This document shows, one piece after another, positions 16,376 through 25,244 of a DNA stretch of 39,409 nt. A program made the translations under genes and the position numbers. How positions within the stretch are numbered: position 1 is the first letter of the stretch; each line of letters opens with the position of its first letter. Source of the stretch: an uncultured bacterium. GTDB lineage: Bacteria > Armatimonadota > Zipacnadia > Zipacnadales > VGFC01. The stretch covers positions 1-39,409 of the forward strand of contig CBFDAZ010000002.1 of assembly GCA_965602825.1 (NCBI GenBank), read 5' to 3'. Under the pieces are notes generated by a model. It saw only the letters and a program-made list of their open reading frames with translations, ran no database searches and was not told the origin of the DNA.

Positions 16376-18097
16376 CTATTCATCTTGGGCTGCAGTCAAA
16401 GCTTCCTCCAGGGTGGTAATCCCCTGCAGGACCTTCGAGATGCCGTCGCCCTTGAGAGTGACCATCCCTTGCTCCTCGATGGCATACTGCCGAAGCACGT
16501 GGCTTGGGGCTCCCTTGAGGGCCAGGTCGCGGACCTCATCGTCAACGACAAGCAGTTCGTAGATGCCGACGCGCCCGTGGTACCCCTCATCGCACTGACT
16601 GCACCCCTCGCCCCTGAAGAACTGCACCGGCTCCCCCTCCTCGGGCTCAACGCCCGCGACCTCGAGCGCCTCCGAGGGCGGTGTGTACGGTACCTTGCAG
16701 TGGACGCAGATCTTGCGCACCAGGCGTTGGGCGAGTATGCCGGCGAGCGAGGAGGCCACCAGATAGGGCTCAACGCCTATCTCCACCAGGCGGGCCACGG
16801 CCCCTGCAGCGTCATTGGTGTGGAGGGTGCTGAGGACCAAGTGGCCTGTGAGGGCCGCCTCGGTGGCAATGATGGCGGTCTCCTTGTCTCGAATCTCACC
16901 GACCAGTATGATGTCGGGGTCCTGTCGCAGCATCTCGCGGAGGATGCTGGCGAACGTCATGCCCGCCTTCTGGTTCACCGCGCATTGGGTAATGCCGGGG
17001 AGCTCGTACTCGACTGGGTCCTCCGCGGTGATGACGTTCTTGTCGGTTGTGGCGATGCGGTTGAGAGCAGCATACAGCGTGGTGGACTTCCCGCTTCCTG
17101 TCGGCCCGGTTGCCAGGACGATGCCATAGGGACGCAGGATGACGTTCTCGAAGGCCTCCTGGGTCTGAGAGCTGAAGCCGAGCTTGCTCAGGTCTGCCAT
17201 GATCGAGCCTTTGTCGAGAACACGCATGACGACTTTCTCGCCGAACTGGGAGGGCAATGTGGATACCCGGAAGTCAAAGGCCCGATCGTTGAACCGCATC
17301 GCGATCCGTCCGCCTTGGGGTGCCAGCTTCTGGTCGATACTCATGCCGGACATGACCTTGATCCGGCTGACCGCCGGAAGCTGAGCGCCCTTCGGTACGG
17401 TCATGGCATCGCGCAACACGCCATCGACCCGGTATCGGACGCGGACCGACTTCTCCTCGGGCTGGATGTGTATGTCACTCGCCCGCTGCCGGACGGCCCT
17501 GGTGATGATCATGCGCACCAGCTTCACCACTGGCGGGTCGGCAGACGCCGCCTCCGTGTCATCGAGGTCGAATTCCTCATCTTCGTCCTCTTCCTCCAGG
17601 TCGTCCGCGTCCGGCTCGTCGAACTGGTCGAGGAGGCCATCCAACTCCTGTGCCACCCGCACCCTGACATTGCCGAGACCGGCGACCGCAGTCGCGATGT
17701 CTTCCGGCAGGGCAATGCAGGGCTCGATCCGGTACTTGTACTCCGTGCGCAAGCGTATCTGGTCGATGGCGCGGATGTCGTTGGGGTCGGCCATCGCCAC
17801 CTGCAGGGTGCCATCCTGACGAGAGATGGGGATGCAGTTGTGCTTGCGCATTATCGACTCGGGGACAAGCTTGGCTGCGTCCTGGTCGATCTGAAGCTCC
17901 GTCAGATCGACGAAGGGCACATCCCACTGCAGGCCGCGGCAGATTGCCGCGTCCCGCTCGGTGATGTAGCCCATGTTGACCAGGACCTGGCCGATGAACT
18001 CGTCGGTCTCCTTGGCGACTCGTAGAGCATCGTCGAGTTGCTCTTGGGTGAGCGACGTGTTATCTACGAGTATCTGCCCGATCAACCTCTCGTCCAA
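16376..18097 (-). CDS. pilB: Type IV pilus assembly ATPase PilB (GspE family)
   Basis: N-terminal T2SSE_N-type helical repeats. Walker A GPTGSGKSTTLYA. ITAEDPVEY and LVLSTLHTN boxes. Tetracysteine CVHC...CSQC motif. Confidence 0.9.
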   Translation of the reverse strand: MDERLIGQILVDNTSLTQEQLDDALRVAKETDEFIGQVLVNMGYITERDAAICRGLQWDVPFVDLTELQIDQDAAKLVPESIMRKHNCIPISRQDGTLQVAMADPNDIRAIDQIRLRTEYKYRIEPCIALPEDIATAVAGLGNVRVRVAQELDGLLDQFDEPDADDLEEEDEDEEFDLDDTEAASADPPVVKLVRMIITRAVRQRASDIHIQPEEKSVRVRYRVDGVLRDAMTVPKGAQLPAVSRIKVMSGMSIDQKLAPQGGRIAMRFNDRAFDFRVSTLPSQFGEKVVMRVLDKGSIMADLSKLGFSSQTQEAFENVILRPYGIVLATGPTGSGKSTTLYAALNRIATTDKNVITAEDPVEYELPGITQCAVNQKAGMTFASILREMLRQDPDIILVGEIRDKETAIIATEAALTGHLVLSTLHTNDAAGAVARLVEIGVEPYLVASSLAGILAQRLVRKICVHCKVPYTPPSEALEVAGVEPEEGEPVQFFRGEGCSQCDEGYHGRVGIYELLVVDDEVRDLALKGAPSHVLRQYAIEEQGMVTLKGDGISKVLQGITTLEEALTAAQDE

Positions 18098-18119
18098 TGT
18101 CTTCCCCCCGTTATGAATC

Positions 18120-18147
18120 GGGCGGCGGACCTAGCGGCCCGCCGCCC
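18120..18147 (-). other. Intercistronic 9-bp GC hairpin between pilQ and pilB
   Basis: GGGCGGCGG-N10-CCGCCGCCC is a perfect 9-bp stem in the 86-nt pilQ-pilB gap. No U-tract follows on the transcribed strand. Confidence 0.5.
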
Positions 18148-18183
18148 ACTGCTCTTAGGGTGTGCGCCCTGGTTCCCGCTTCG

Positions 18184-21048
18184 CTACCCCTCCCCCACCG
18201 CTGGCGCTTCCGCACTTACGGGCGCGGCCCCGGGCCGCAACAACTTGACTTCGGCGAACACGACAACCTCTGATTTCCTCCGCTGTGTCTGTCGTTTCTT
18301 GAACAGCTCGCCGAACAGCGGGATGTCTTTCAGGAAGGGAATCCCGCTGAGCGTCTTGACCTCCTCATCCCGCAGCAGCCCACCAATGGCGATGACATCG
18401 CCGTCGGAGACCCGCACAATCGTCTCGGCCTCCCGAGTCACTACGACCGGGTAGCCTTGCGGCGAGTAACCCGAGAACGACCTCACGTGGGGCGCCAGGA
18501 ACAGCGTGATCTGGTCGCTGGAGTCCACATTCGGGCCGAACTTCAGGCCGAGGCCGATCTCCTGGAACTCCACGCTGCTCTTGATCGTGCCGTCTCCCGC
18601 CACTGCGATCTCGTACGGTACGATCTCGCCGACGAGGAAGCTCGCGCTCTTGCCGTTGACGGCTACGAGTTTCGTGCGCGACAGAATGGTTGCATTGCTG
18701 CCCGTTACCATGGCCTCGAACGACGCCGTGAAACTGCCTGAGCCCCCCGAGTTGAGCGCCGCGCGGCTGATCTTGCCGAACTTGAACCCATCGCCCGCTG
18801 TCATCTCCTCGGATACGATCAGGCCGGGAAGGTCCCATTCGAAGCCAACTTTCTGGTCTTTATCTATGCCGACGTCGGTGATGGTTGCCGTGATCTCGAC
18901 CTGCGGCGGCGGGACATCGATCTGTGCCAGCAGCTCCTCGACCGCAGCCACAGCGCTCTCGGGTCCGCGCACGATGATCTGGGCGGATGGACGGATCCCT
19001 CCCACTTTCTCGCTGCCTTGGATGTCCCGCAGCTCGGTTGGGGGAGTGGCCAGGTAGGCCTCAGCCTGGCCCGCGAACATGCTGGTGACCAGCTCGGTGA
19101 AGGCCTCGGGGTCCACATAGGTGACTCGCAGCGACCGAGTGACGACATCCCCGACTGCTTCGGGTGCAATCGTGGGCTCAACGTCAATGCTAGCGAGGAC
19201 TTGCTCGGCTTTGTCAACGTCCACGGACTTGCCGGAGAGACCGACGACAGCGACCTGCGGGGCCGCGGGGCCTGGGACCTGGACCTCAACATTAGGAGTC
19301 AGTCCCTCAAGCGCTGACGCCGCCTGTGCGGCGGTCAGGTGCTCTAGCTGTATCCATCGTGTCGTGTCGATCGGTGGGACGTCAACCTGAGCAGCCCGGT
19401 CCCGCAGCCACTCGCCGCTTCTCTCGTCAGGTAGATTCATGAATACCACAGACTGCGCGTCCTCAACTATCTTAAGTGTAACGCCGATCTGCTCGACGAC
19501 CTCGCGGAGTTCCTCCGCAATGCGGTATGGTGTGGTGTTCTCCGGCTTGTAGATCAGCTCGATCGGCAGAGCCGCCACCGCGCCTCCCACTCGCGCGATC
19601 TCCTCGGCCGTCCCGACGATGTAGTTGCGCTCGCCCACCAGCGTGTACTCAAGGCTGTTCAGCGCCGCAACCAGGTCGAGGGCCTCGACCAGCGTCACCC
19701 GTGTGAGGTGGACGGACATGTTACCCTGGACCGAAGGGGTGGTGATGATGTTCCGGTCGGCGTACTTGGCAAGCGCGGTGAGGATCTCCACCACCGGTGC
19801 ATTCTGGAAGTCCACATTGATCAGGAGATTGTCGGCGTCCGGAGCCGGGCTGGTGGCTGCGCCCGCCTCGGCCCCGGCCGGGGCGGGCCGCTGGGCGACG
19901 AGAGTGCCCTCCAGAGGTCGAGCAAGCTCGCAGACCACGGTCCGAGGTGAGGCCCCCGGCTTCGGCGAGCAGAGGTCGCCGTCGGTTGCCGGGATGGTCA
20001 CCTGAGCTCCGACGGTCCCCTGACTGACCGTGACGGCGCCAGGCTGCGCCGGATGCAGAGCCACGGCCTGGAGGCAGTCGCGGCCGATGGCCGCGCCCGG
20101 GAACGTCAGGACGTAGCGCCGCGGCGACTCTAGCTCCTCCAGCCGGTACCGCAGCGGCCGCGAGCAGTCGATTGCCACGCGCAGCGGGTCCAGTCCGACG
20201 ACCCGGACCTGTTGCAGCTCGGCAGCGTCTGCTTCCGGAGGCGGGGGCTGGACGGCTGGGGCTCCGCCGAGCGCGCCCACTTCGCCCCCGGGCACGGTGC
20301 CGCCGTCGGTTTCACGGACCACGAACGTAGCCGGCGATTGCCGGCCCCCGCTCGGCACCGAAGACCGGGGCGAATGCCGCTCAGTGGGAGGGGCTGCCGC
20401 CATGCGCGACGGCAAGTCGCGCTGAGGAGGGCCTTCGGCGGGACGCGCCAGGGCAGCCAGGCCGAGCTCAGGGCCCGACCGGGTGACCATCCCACTGATC
20501 GGGGCGATCAGAGGCGGTGGCAGCGTGGCACTGGCGAGGCGTATCGCGGCTACCCGCGCGTCACTCATCAGACTCGGGGCCGGTCGAGCGGTCCGTGGGC
20601 CGCCGTTTGGCGGCTCCTCCAGTTGAAGCTTGACGAGCAACCCCCTGGAGTCAGCGAAGCGCTGAGCGGTCGGGGCGCCGCCTGCCAGAGAGACCACCTC
20701 GAGCCGAACCACCGGGGGCTTCGAGCTGGCCTGTCTGATCGTCACCGCATCCCGGAGTGGGGGAATCCGCTGGATGGCGCCGGCCGCGTTCGGGGCCAGA
20801 ACCGCGTCCAGGAAGTCCGCCACCAACCGCGCTCGGCCGGCAGCCTGCTCCAGCCGTACCTGGGTCGGTTGGCTTGTCGCCACATGGATGACAGCGCAAC
20901 CGGTTTCGCGCGCGATACCAGCAGACTCAATCGCTACGCTCGCAGGGGTGGCTGAGGCAGCCGGCGAGGCCGTACTCAGAGCGAGAATCGGGAGCGTGGC
21001 GGCTGTACATAGCAGCGTCAGCAGTCGCGAGGTATGCCGGCTCTGCAT
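18184..21048 (-). CDS. pilQ: Type IV pilus secretin PilQ with N-terminal AMIN-like domains
   Basis: Signal peptide. Two AMIN-like beta-domains separated by Pro/Ala linkers. STN/N0-like block LINVDFQNAPVVEILTALAKY. C-terminal secretin core ending GIPFLKDIPLFGELFKKRQTQRRKSEVVVF. Confidence 0.85.
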   Translation of the reverse strand: MQSRHTSRLLTLLCTAATLPILALSTASPAASATPASVAIESAGIARETGCAVIHVATSQPTQVRLEQAAGRARLVADFLDAVLAPNAAGAIQRIPPLRDAVTIRQASSKPPVVRLEVVSLAGGAPTAQRFADSRGLLVKLQLEEPPNGGPRTARPAPSLMSDARVAAIRLASATLPPPLIAPISGMVTRSGPELGLAALARPAEGPPQRDLPSRMAAAPPTERHSPRSSVPSGGRQSPATFVVRETDGGTVPGGEVGALGGAPAVQPPPPEADAAELQQVRVVGLDPLRVAIDCSRPLRYRLEELESPRRYVLTFPGAAIGRDCLQAVALHPAQPGAVTVSQGTVGAQVTIPATDGDLCSPKPGASPRTVVCELARPLEGTLVAQRPAPAGAEAGAATSPAPDADNLLINVDFQNAPVVEILTALAKYADRNIITTPSVQGNMSVHLTRVTLVEALDLVAALNSLEYTLVGERNYIVGTAEEIARVGGAVAALPIELIYKPENTTPYRIAEELREVVEQIGVTLKIVEDAQSVVFMNLPDERSGEWLRDRAAQVDVPPIDTTRWIQLEHLTAAQAASALEGLTPNVEVQVPGPAAPQVAVVGLSGKSVDVDKAEQVLASIDVEPTIAPEAVGDVVTRSLRVTYVDPEAFTELVTSMFAGQAEAYLATPPTELRDIQGSEKVGGIRPSAQIIVRGPESAVAAVEELLAQIDVPPPQVEITATITDVGIDKDQKVGFEWDLPGLIVSEEMTAGDGFKFGKISRAALNSGGSGSFTASFEAMVTGSNATILSRTKLVAVNGKSASFLVGEIVPYEIAVAGDGTIKSSVEFQEIGLGLKFGPNVDSSDQITLFLAPHVRSFSGYSPQGYPVVVTREAETIVRVSDGDVIAIGGLLRDEEVKTLSGIPFLKDIPLFGELFKKRQTQRRKSEVVVFAEVKLLRPGAAPVSAEAPAVGEG

Positions 21049-21069
21049 CGTTGATTCCTCCCACAGTGC

Positions 21070-21131
21070 ATCGTTGCTTTGTCAATACGGCGGCTGTCGG
21101 TTTGTGCTGCGATCGTTGCTGTATCGTTGCT
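21070..21131 (-). repeat. Three direct copies of the 9-mer ATCGTTGCT (AGCAACGAT on the coding strand) in the pilP-pilQ gap
   Basis: Exact copies at 21070-21078, 21112-21120 and 21123-21131. A 7-nt partial copy at 21047-21053 overlaps the pilQ start codon. The local sequence is AT-richer. Confidence 0.6.
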
Positions 21132-21168
21132 ATCTTCCGGCGAACTGGCTGTTCTGCCGCGAGTTGCC

Positions 21169-22122
21169 CTATTCGGTTGGTGGCGATATCCCGGTTGAGT
21201 CCTCAACGACCGGGGCGATCGGTCCCGTCGCCGCGGGCTCCGGCTCGGCAGTTGTCGAGTCAGGCTTCGGGCCCGGTGTCGGGAGCGACAGCTCGTGCTT
21301 CCGGCCCTGGCCCGTGATGGTCAGTTTTCCGGGAGTGATCGTCTCCACCTCGGCCCCGCCCTGGCCGCCGACCTTCTGCCCTGGGCGGACGTACCTGCCG
21401 GGCGCACCGGAGAGATCGGCTGGGCGGACGACCGCCAGAGACCCCTGCGGGCCGCTAATGGTGCCCACAAGCGCGACCGACGGCGCCCGGGAGGCCCGGC
21501 CGCCCCGCCTGACCATCGGGTAGTTGGCCGCCAGAGCCGCTGGGAGACCTGGTTCCCTCGGCTGGCTCACGACCATTCCAGGCGGGAGCGCGGCCGCTCC
21601 GCCAGTCACCGGGCTTGGGAAGGTCGGCGTAGCAGTGGGCAGCGGGATCGGCGGCGGTAGCGAGTCCGGAGTGGACGGCCGCGGTGGCACGGCCGATGGT
21701 TCCGCGGGGCCCGGTCGAGCGCCCGGCCCCGGCGCTGCTGTGGCAAGGTCCGCCAGGGGGTCTCGGCCGGGCGGCGAGACGGAGTCCAGATCCGGCGCTT
21801 CCCTCGGGACACCTGCGGGAGCTGGCTTCGGCGTGCCCGTATCGGCGGGCTTCGCCGGCGTACCTTTGGGAGGCTTCTTGGGATCGTCCTTCTTCTTCTG
21901 AACCACCTTCTTCGCTTTGGGTGGACCCCCAATCCACCCCATTTGTGTGCTGAGCCGTATGCCCGTGAACACCAGCAGCGGGATCCCGATGATGAGAAGC
22001 ACGATCTGCGCCTTCTTCGGGATGAGGTCCTTCGATTTCTTCTGTTTTGGGGTATCCATCGCCGCATTCTCCCCTGAGCCTTTGCCCGCCTGGCTCATCA
22101 AGGCCAAGCCGGGGGGCCGCAT
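21169..22122 (-). CDS. pilP: PilP-like pilus assembly protein with a long Pro-rich linker
   Basis: Located between pilO and pilQ. One TM (IVLLIIGIPLLVF), about 170 aa of Pro/Ala-rich linker, and a C-terminal beta-domain ALVGTISGPQGSLAVVRPADLSGAPGRYVRPGQKVGGQGGAEVETITPGKLTITGQG resembling PilP. The start is uncertain (22122 or ATG 22059). Confidence 0.5.
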   Translation of the reverse strand: MRPPGLALMSQAGKGSGENAAMDTPKQKKSKDLIPKKAQIVLLIIGIPLLVFTGIRLSTQMGWIGGPPKAKKVVQKKKDDPKKPPKGTPAKPADTGTPKPAPAGVPREAPDLDSVSPPGRDPLADLATAAPGPGARPGPAEPSAVPPRPSTPDSLPPPIPLPTATPTFPSPVTGGAAALPPGMVVSQPREPGLPAALAANYPMVRRGGRASRAPSVALVGTISGPQGSLAVVRPADLSGAPGRYVRPGQKVGGQGGAEVETITPGKLTITGQGRKHELSLPTPGPKPDSTTAEPEPAATGPIAPVVEDSTGISPPTE

Positions 22123-22170
22123 CGAGTTTCTCCGCCGGGCGGCCCGAAGGGCTCGAGTGACGCATTCGTG

Positions 22171-22857
22171 CTAGTGGATCTTGATACTCAGGTCGCCCGG
22201 GAAGCCGCCCTGCGGGGCCAGGATGTAGGCTTTCGCCTGCAGCCTGACCTTCGCGGCCGCTCTGCCATCCGGACGCAGTTCCCTGGCACCGGCCTTCTCG
22301 ATCTCAACACTCTCGACTGCGATTACCTTGCCGATCGATCCGAGCTGCTTCAGGAAGTCGAACGCACCCCGGTAGGTGCCGTCGAAGCGCAGCTCAACGT
22401 CCATTTCGTCATAGCGTTGCCCCTGAGCCGTCTCCGTCGCCGCGTTCTTCTCGCCTTCCTTGCCGCCTTCGTCGGCGGCGACGGCCGCCTCGATCAGTGC
22501 CACCTTCCCCTTGACTATCTCCCCCTGCCGCAGCTCGATGAGGTCATTCCCCGTCATGGCGGCGATGTTCTCTATCTGGCGGATCAGTGTAGGCACGTAC
22601 TCCGCTTCAGGGAGAGACCGCTCGATCTCGTTCAGCTCAGCAGCTAGCTTTCCATTCTCCTCCTGAAGCGTGTCAAAGTCAACCCCCTCGATTGCGCGGC
22701 GCAGCTCTGATAGCTCTTCAGCAGCCGCGTTCCGTTCGGCGTAGAGGCTGTAGCTCTGTTTCGCGTGCACCATCACCGCAATGCTCAGGAATACGATGCA
22801 GACCAGGGCGGCTCCGCCGAAAACCAAGAACCGTCTGTTCCTCAGTGCAGCCATCAT
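22171..22857 (-). CDS. pilO: PilO-like pilus assembly protein
   Basis: N-terminal TM, then a coiled coil (AERNAAAEELSELRRAIE...LAAELNEIERSL), then a C-terminal alpha/beta domain. ATGA overlap with pilN. Confidence 0.7.
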   Translation of the reverse strand: MMAALRNRRFLVFGGAALVCIVFLSIAVMVHAKQSYSLYAERNAAAEELSELRRAIEGVDFDTLQEENGKLAAELNEIERSLPEAEYVPTLIRQIENIAAMTGNDLIELRQGEIVKGKVALIEAAVAADEGGKEGEKNAATETAQGQRYDEMDVELRFDGTYRGAFDFLKQLGSIGKVIAVESVEIEKAGARELRPDGRAAAKVRLQAKAYILAPQGGFPGDLSIKIH

Positions 22858-23495
22858 GTGGAGGCTCCCCCCGTGGCCAGAAGTGCCTGGATCTCGAACT
22901 GGTACGTCTCGGTGACTGGGCCGCCGCCGCGCTTGCGCGTATACTGCAGGTAGACGTCCCCGAAGGACGTCGTGGCCTCAAGGTTCTGGATGAACTGGCC
23001 GACGAGACTTCCCGTCGCGGCTTGCCCGGTGAGGGTGAAGCCCTCCCGTGCTGCCGCGGCTGCCGTCTTGGCTCCTACCTGCTTGACCCTGGGGCGCAAG
23101 GTCTTCGACGAGCGAACAACCGTCAGCGTGACCTGCTCGGGAAGGGCCTGGGTCATGTGACTGAGAGCCGCGCACCACTTGGCCTCGCTGTCCCGAGCCG
23201 ACCGCAGCAAATCGATGAGCGGGCGTTTGCTGTCCAACTGCCTCTGTACGACATCGATCCGGGCCTTCTCGTCCTGGAGCTGCCCGATCTCGCCCCGGAT
23301 GGCGTCGAGACGGTCGCGCGTGGCGCGCAGCCGGCTCTGCTGCCAGCTCGCGACGACCATTGCCCCCACGAAGGCCGCCACCGCGACGAAGAAGGCGACA
23401 CGGCCGACAGTCTCGCCCCGTTTCCGCTGGTTTTCGCGTTCACTGATGAGGTTGATATTGATCAACGAACCACACCCCCTGGGCAGCTCGGTCAC
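22854..23495 (-). CDS. pilN: PilN (fimbrial assembly) protein
   Basis: LININLISERENQRKR N-terminal motif, followed by a TM and a coiled coil. Located directly after pilM. Confidence 0.75.
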   Translation of the reverse strand: MTELPRGCGSLININLISERENQRKRGETVGRVAFFVAVAAFVGAMVVASWQQSRLRATRDRLDAIRGEIGQLQDEKARIDVVQRQLDSKRPLIDLLRSARDSEAKWCAALSHMTQALPEQVTLTVVRSSKTLRPRVKQVGAKTAAAAAREGFTLTGQAATGSLVGQFIQNLEATTSFGDVYLQYTRKRGGGPVTETYQFEIQALLATGGAST

Positions 23496-23502
23496 GGCGG
23501 TT

Positions 23503-24681
23503 CTATCCAGACGCGGCAGCGACCGGCAATGGGTGCGCCTCCGGCTGGCTGGCGAGCGGGTAGGCCCGCGATTCCATTGGCTCCCGCAACGCGAGGCCGG
23601 CGGCCACCGTGAGATAAGGGGACAAATCCGTCAAGAACCCCTGATCGTACGAGGGCGCCTCCAGCCCTGTGTCTCGAAAGACGTCGGTGATGACGACCTC
23701 GGTCCCGAGCCTCATCTGAAGGTATTGTTCCAGCCGCGGGAGCCGGCAGACGCCACCGCTGACGACCACCCTATCGGCCCCCGCCAGGGCACCGCCGGAC
23801 TGGAAGGTGTTTGCCAGGAAGTTGAGTGAGGTCTGGGTGTCCCTGACGATCTCCTCCAACACCGGCGCGATTGCCTGGCTAACCTGCTGTTGCTCTTCGG
23901 GCAGGGACTCGATCTCCTCCGGCGCGCAGGCTACCGCTCGCGACTCCTTTATCCTCCTGGCCTCCTCCGGGTCCACCGAGAAGGTCGAGACGATCGCCTG
24001 ATCCATACTGAGTCCAGCTATGGGGACGATCCGCGGGAAGGCGAAACACCCCTTCCATACGATGGTCATCTCAGTGAAGGACGCTCCGATGTGCAGCAAC
24101 AGAAGCGTTTGGTCGAAGATGGCGGGATCGGTGTTGGCGTAGACCTGCGCCCTGAGCACGGCGAACTGCACTGTGTCCATCACTGACGGCGTGAGTCCCG
24201 CGATCTCCAGGGCCTGAACGCGCCCCTCCATCGCCTCATGCCGGGCCGCCACCAGCAGCACGTTCATCTGCGGGTCCTGGCTGTCGGGATCCAGTATCTG
24301 CCACGCGATCTCGCCCTCCTCGACGCCGAACGGGATATGCGGGCGTGCCTCGTAAGGCATCGCCTTCGCCAGCGTCTTGGCGTCCCGTCTGGGCATCTGC
24401 AGGCGTGTGGCGACCAGCGACGGATCGCTGACAGCACAGGCGGCCAGCTTGGCGCGGCTGCCCGTGGACCGCAGTAGCTCCCGGATCACGTCGCCCACTA
24501 TGATGGGGTCCACGACCACGCCATTCAGTACGGCGCCGGGCGGGGTCGGCGCCATGCCCACTCGCGTAGCGACAGCTTTCCCGCCTTCGACCTCGCACTC
24601 GACGAGCTTGATCGAAGTGCCGCCGATATCGATGGCAACGCTGGCGGGTTGCCCGAAGATCATGTCCAGGATCTTTGCCAT
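23503..24681 (-). CDS. pilM: PilM, actin-like ATPase of the T4P alignment complex
   Basis: VAIDIGGTSIKLVE phosphate-1 motif. LLHIGASFTEM and VVSGGVCRLPRL match the PilM/FtsA-like fold. Confidence 0.85.
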   Translation of the reverse strand: MAKILDMIFGQPASVAIDIGGTSIKLVECEVEGGKAVATRVGMAPTPPGAVLNGVVVDPIIVGDVIRELLRSTGSRAKLAACAVSDPSLVATRLQMPRRDAKTLAKAMPYEARPHIPFGVEEGEIAWQILDPDSQDPQMNVLLVAARHEAMEGRVQALEIAGLTPSVMDTVQFAVLRAQVYANTDPAIFDQTLLLLHIGASFTEMTIVWKGCFAFPRIVPIAGLSMDQAIVSTFSVDPEEARRIKESRAVACAPEEIESLPEEQQQVSQAIAPVLEEIVRDTQTSLNFLANTFQSGGALAGADRVVVSGGVCRLPRLEQYLQMRLGTEVVITDVFRDTGLEAPSYDQGFLTDLSPYLTVAAGLALREPMESRAYPLASQPEAHPLPVAAASG

Positions 24682-24703
24682 GGTTATTGCTCCTCAAGCT
24701 CGG

Positions 24704-25213
24704 CTAGGCAGCCGGAACGGCAGCGAGACGCTCCAGAAGCGTGCACAGGAGTTCGTTGATGCTCGACTGGCTCTCGGGATCGATCTCGACGACGGGTGCG
24801 CTCTCCGGCACGCCCAGAGCCGCTCTGGTCACTTCGGCATCCTGGCCTCCTGCGACGGCGAACACTCCCTCCGGAGCCCGGCCGGCGTCCAGAAGGGCCC
24901 TCAGATCGCGCGCCAGACTGAGGTCCATCGGGCCCGGCCCGACGACCATGCAGTACCCCGCGCAATCCGCAGCCAGCGCCTGGCAAACATACTCGCGCCG
25001 CCACCCTCCGTCGACAATGAACACGTACAACGCCAGACCCTCACGCACGTCAATCCGGCCGAAGTCGACCGGGCTGGCGGCTCTGTCCGGGGCCCCCAAC
25101 ACGTCATCGGCCGCCGGGCCGCGTTGGGCCACCACGAACTCCCGCCATGTGGTCAGCAACTGACGCCGCACCGGTTCATTGGTCACGATCACCAGGACCT
25201 TCACCCTTGTCAT
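24704..25213 (-). CDS. Ras/MglA-like small-GTPase fold lacking P-loop and NKxD (candidate pseudo-GTPase)
   Basis: ATG 25213 is preceded by GGGGAGAG. DFGRIDVREGLALYVFIVDGGWRRE resembles the beta2-beta3/G3 region of small GTPases. YCMVVGPGPMD and VFAVAGGQDAE occupy the positions of the beta4 and NKxD strands. The N-terminal KVLVIVTNEPVRRQ replaces GxxxxGKT. The track ORF from 25522 is an over-extension. Confidence 0.45.
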   Translation of the reverse strand: MTRVKVLVIVTNEPVRRQLLTTWREFVVAQRGPAADDVLGAPDRAASPVDFGRIDVREGLALYVFIVDGGWRREYVCQALAADCAGYCMVVGPGPMDLSLARDLRALLDAGRAPEGVFAVAGGQDAEVTRAALGVPESAPVVEIDPESQSSINELLCTLLERLAAVPAA

Positions 25214-25244
25214 GAGCCGATCTCTCCCCTGCGCCCCAGTTCCC

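Noticed and set aside
13874-18025. Very long + strand ORFs (13874..15712, 612 aa; 16385..18025, 546 aa) opposite pilC, pilT and pilB
   Set aside because: These are shadow ORFs typical of GC-rich DNA, with low-complexity Arg/Gly/His/Asp-rich translations and no motifs. The - strand products are unmistakable PilC, PilT and PilB.
17900-18097. PilB N-terminus as an MshEN-type c-di-GMP receptor
   Set aside because: The two helical repeats (LIGQILVDNTSLTQEQLDDAL and FIGQVLVNMGYITERDAAI) resemble T2SSE_N. However, the motif positions I remember for MshEN, RLGxx(L/V/I)(L/V/I)xxG...Q, are not kept: the Arg is missing or shifted, Gly is replaced by Thr in repeat 1, and the terminal Gln is absent.
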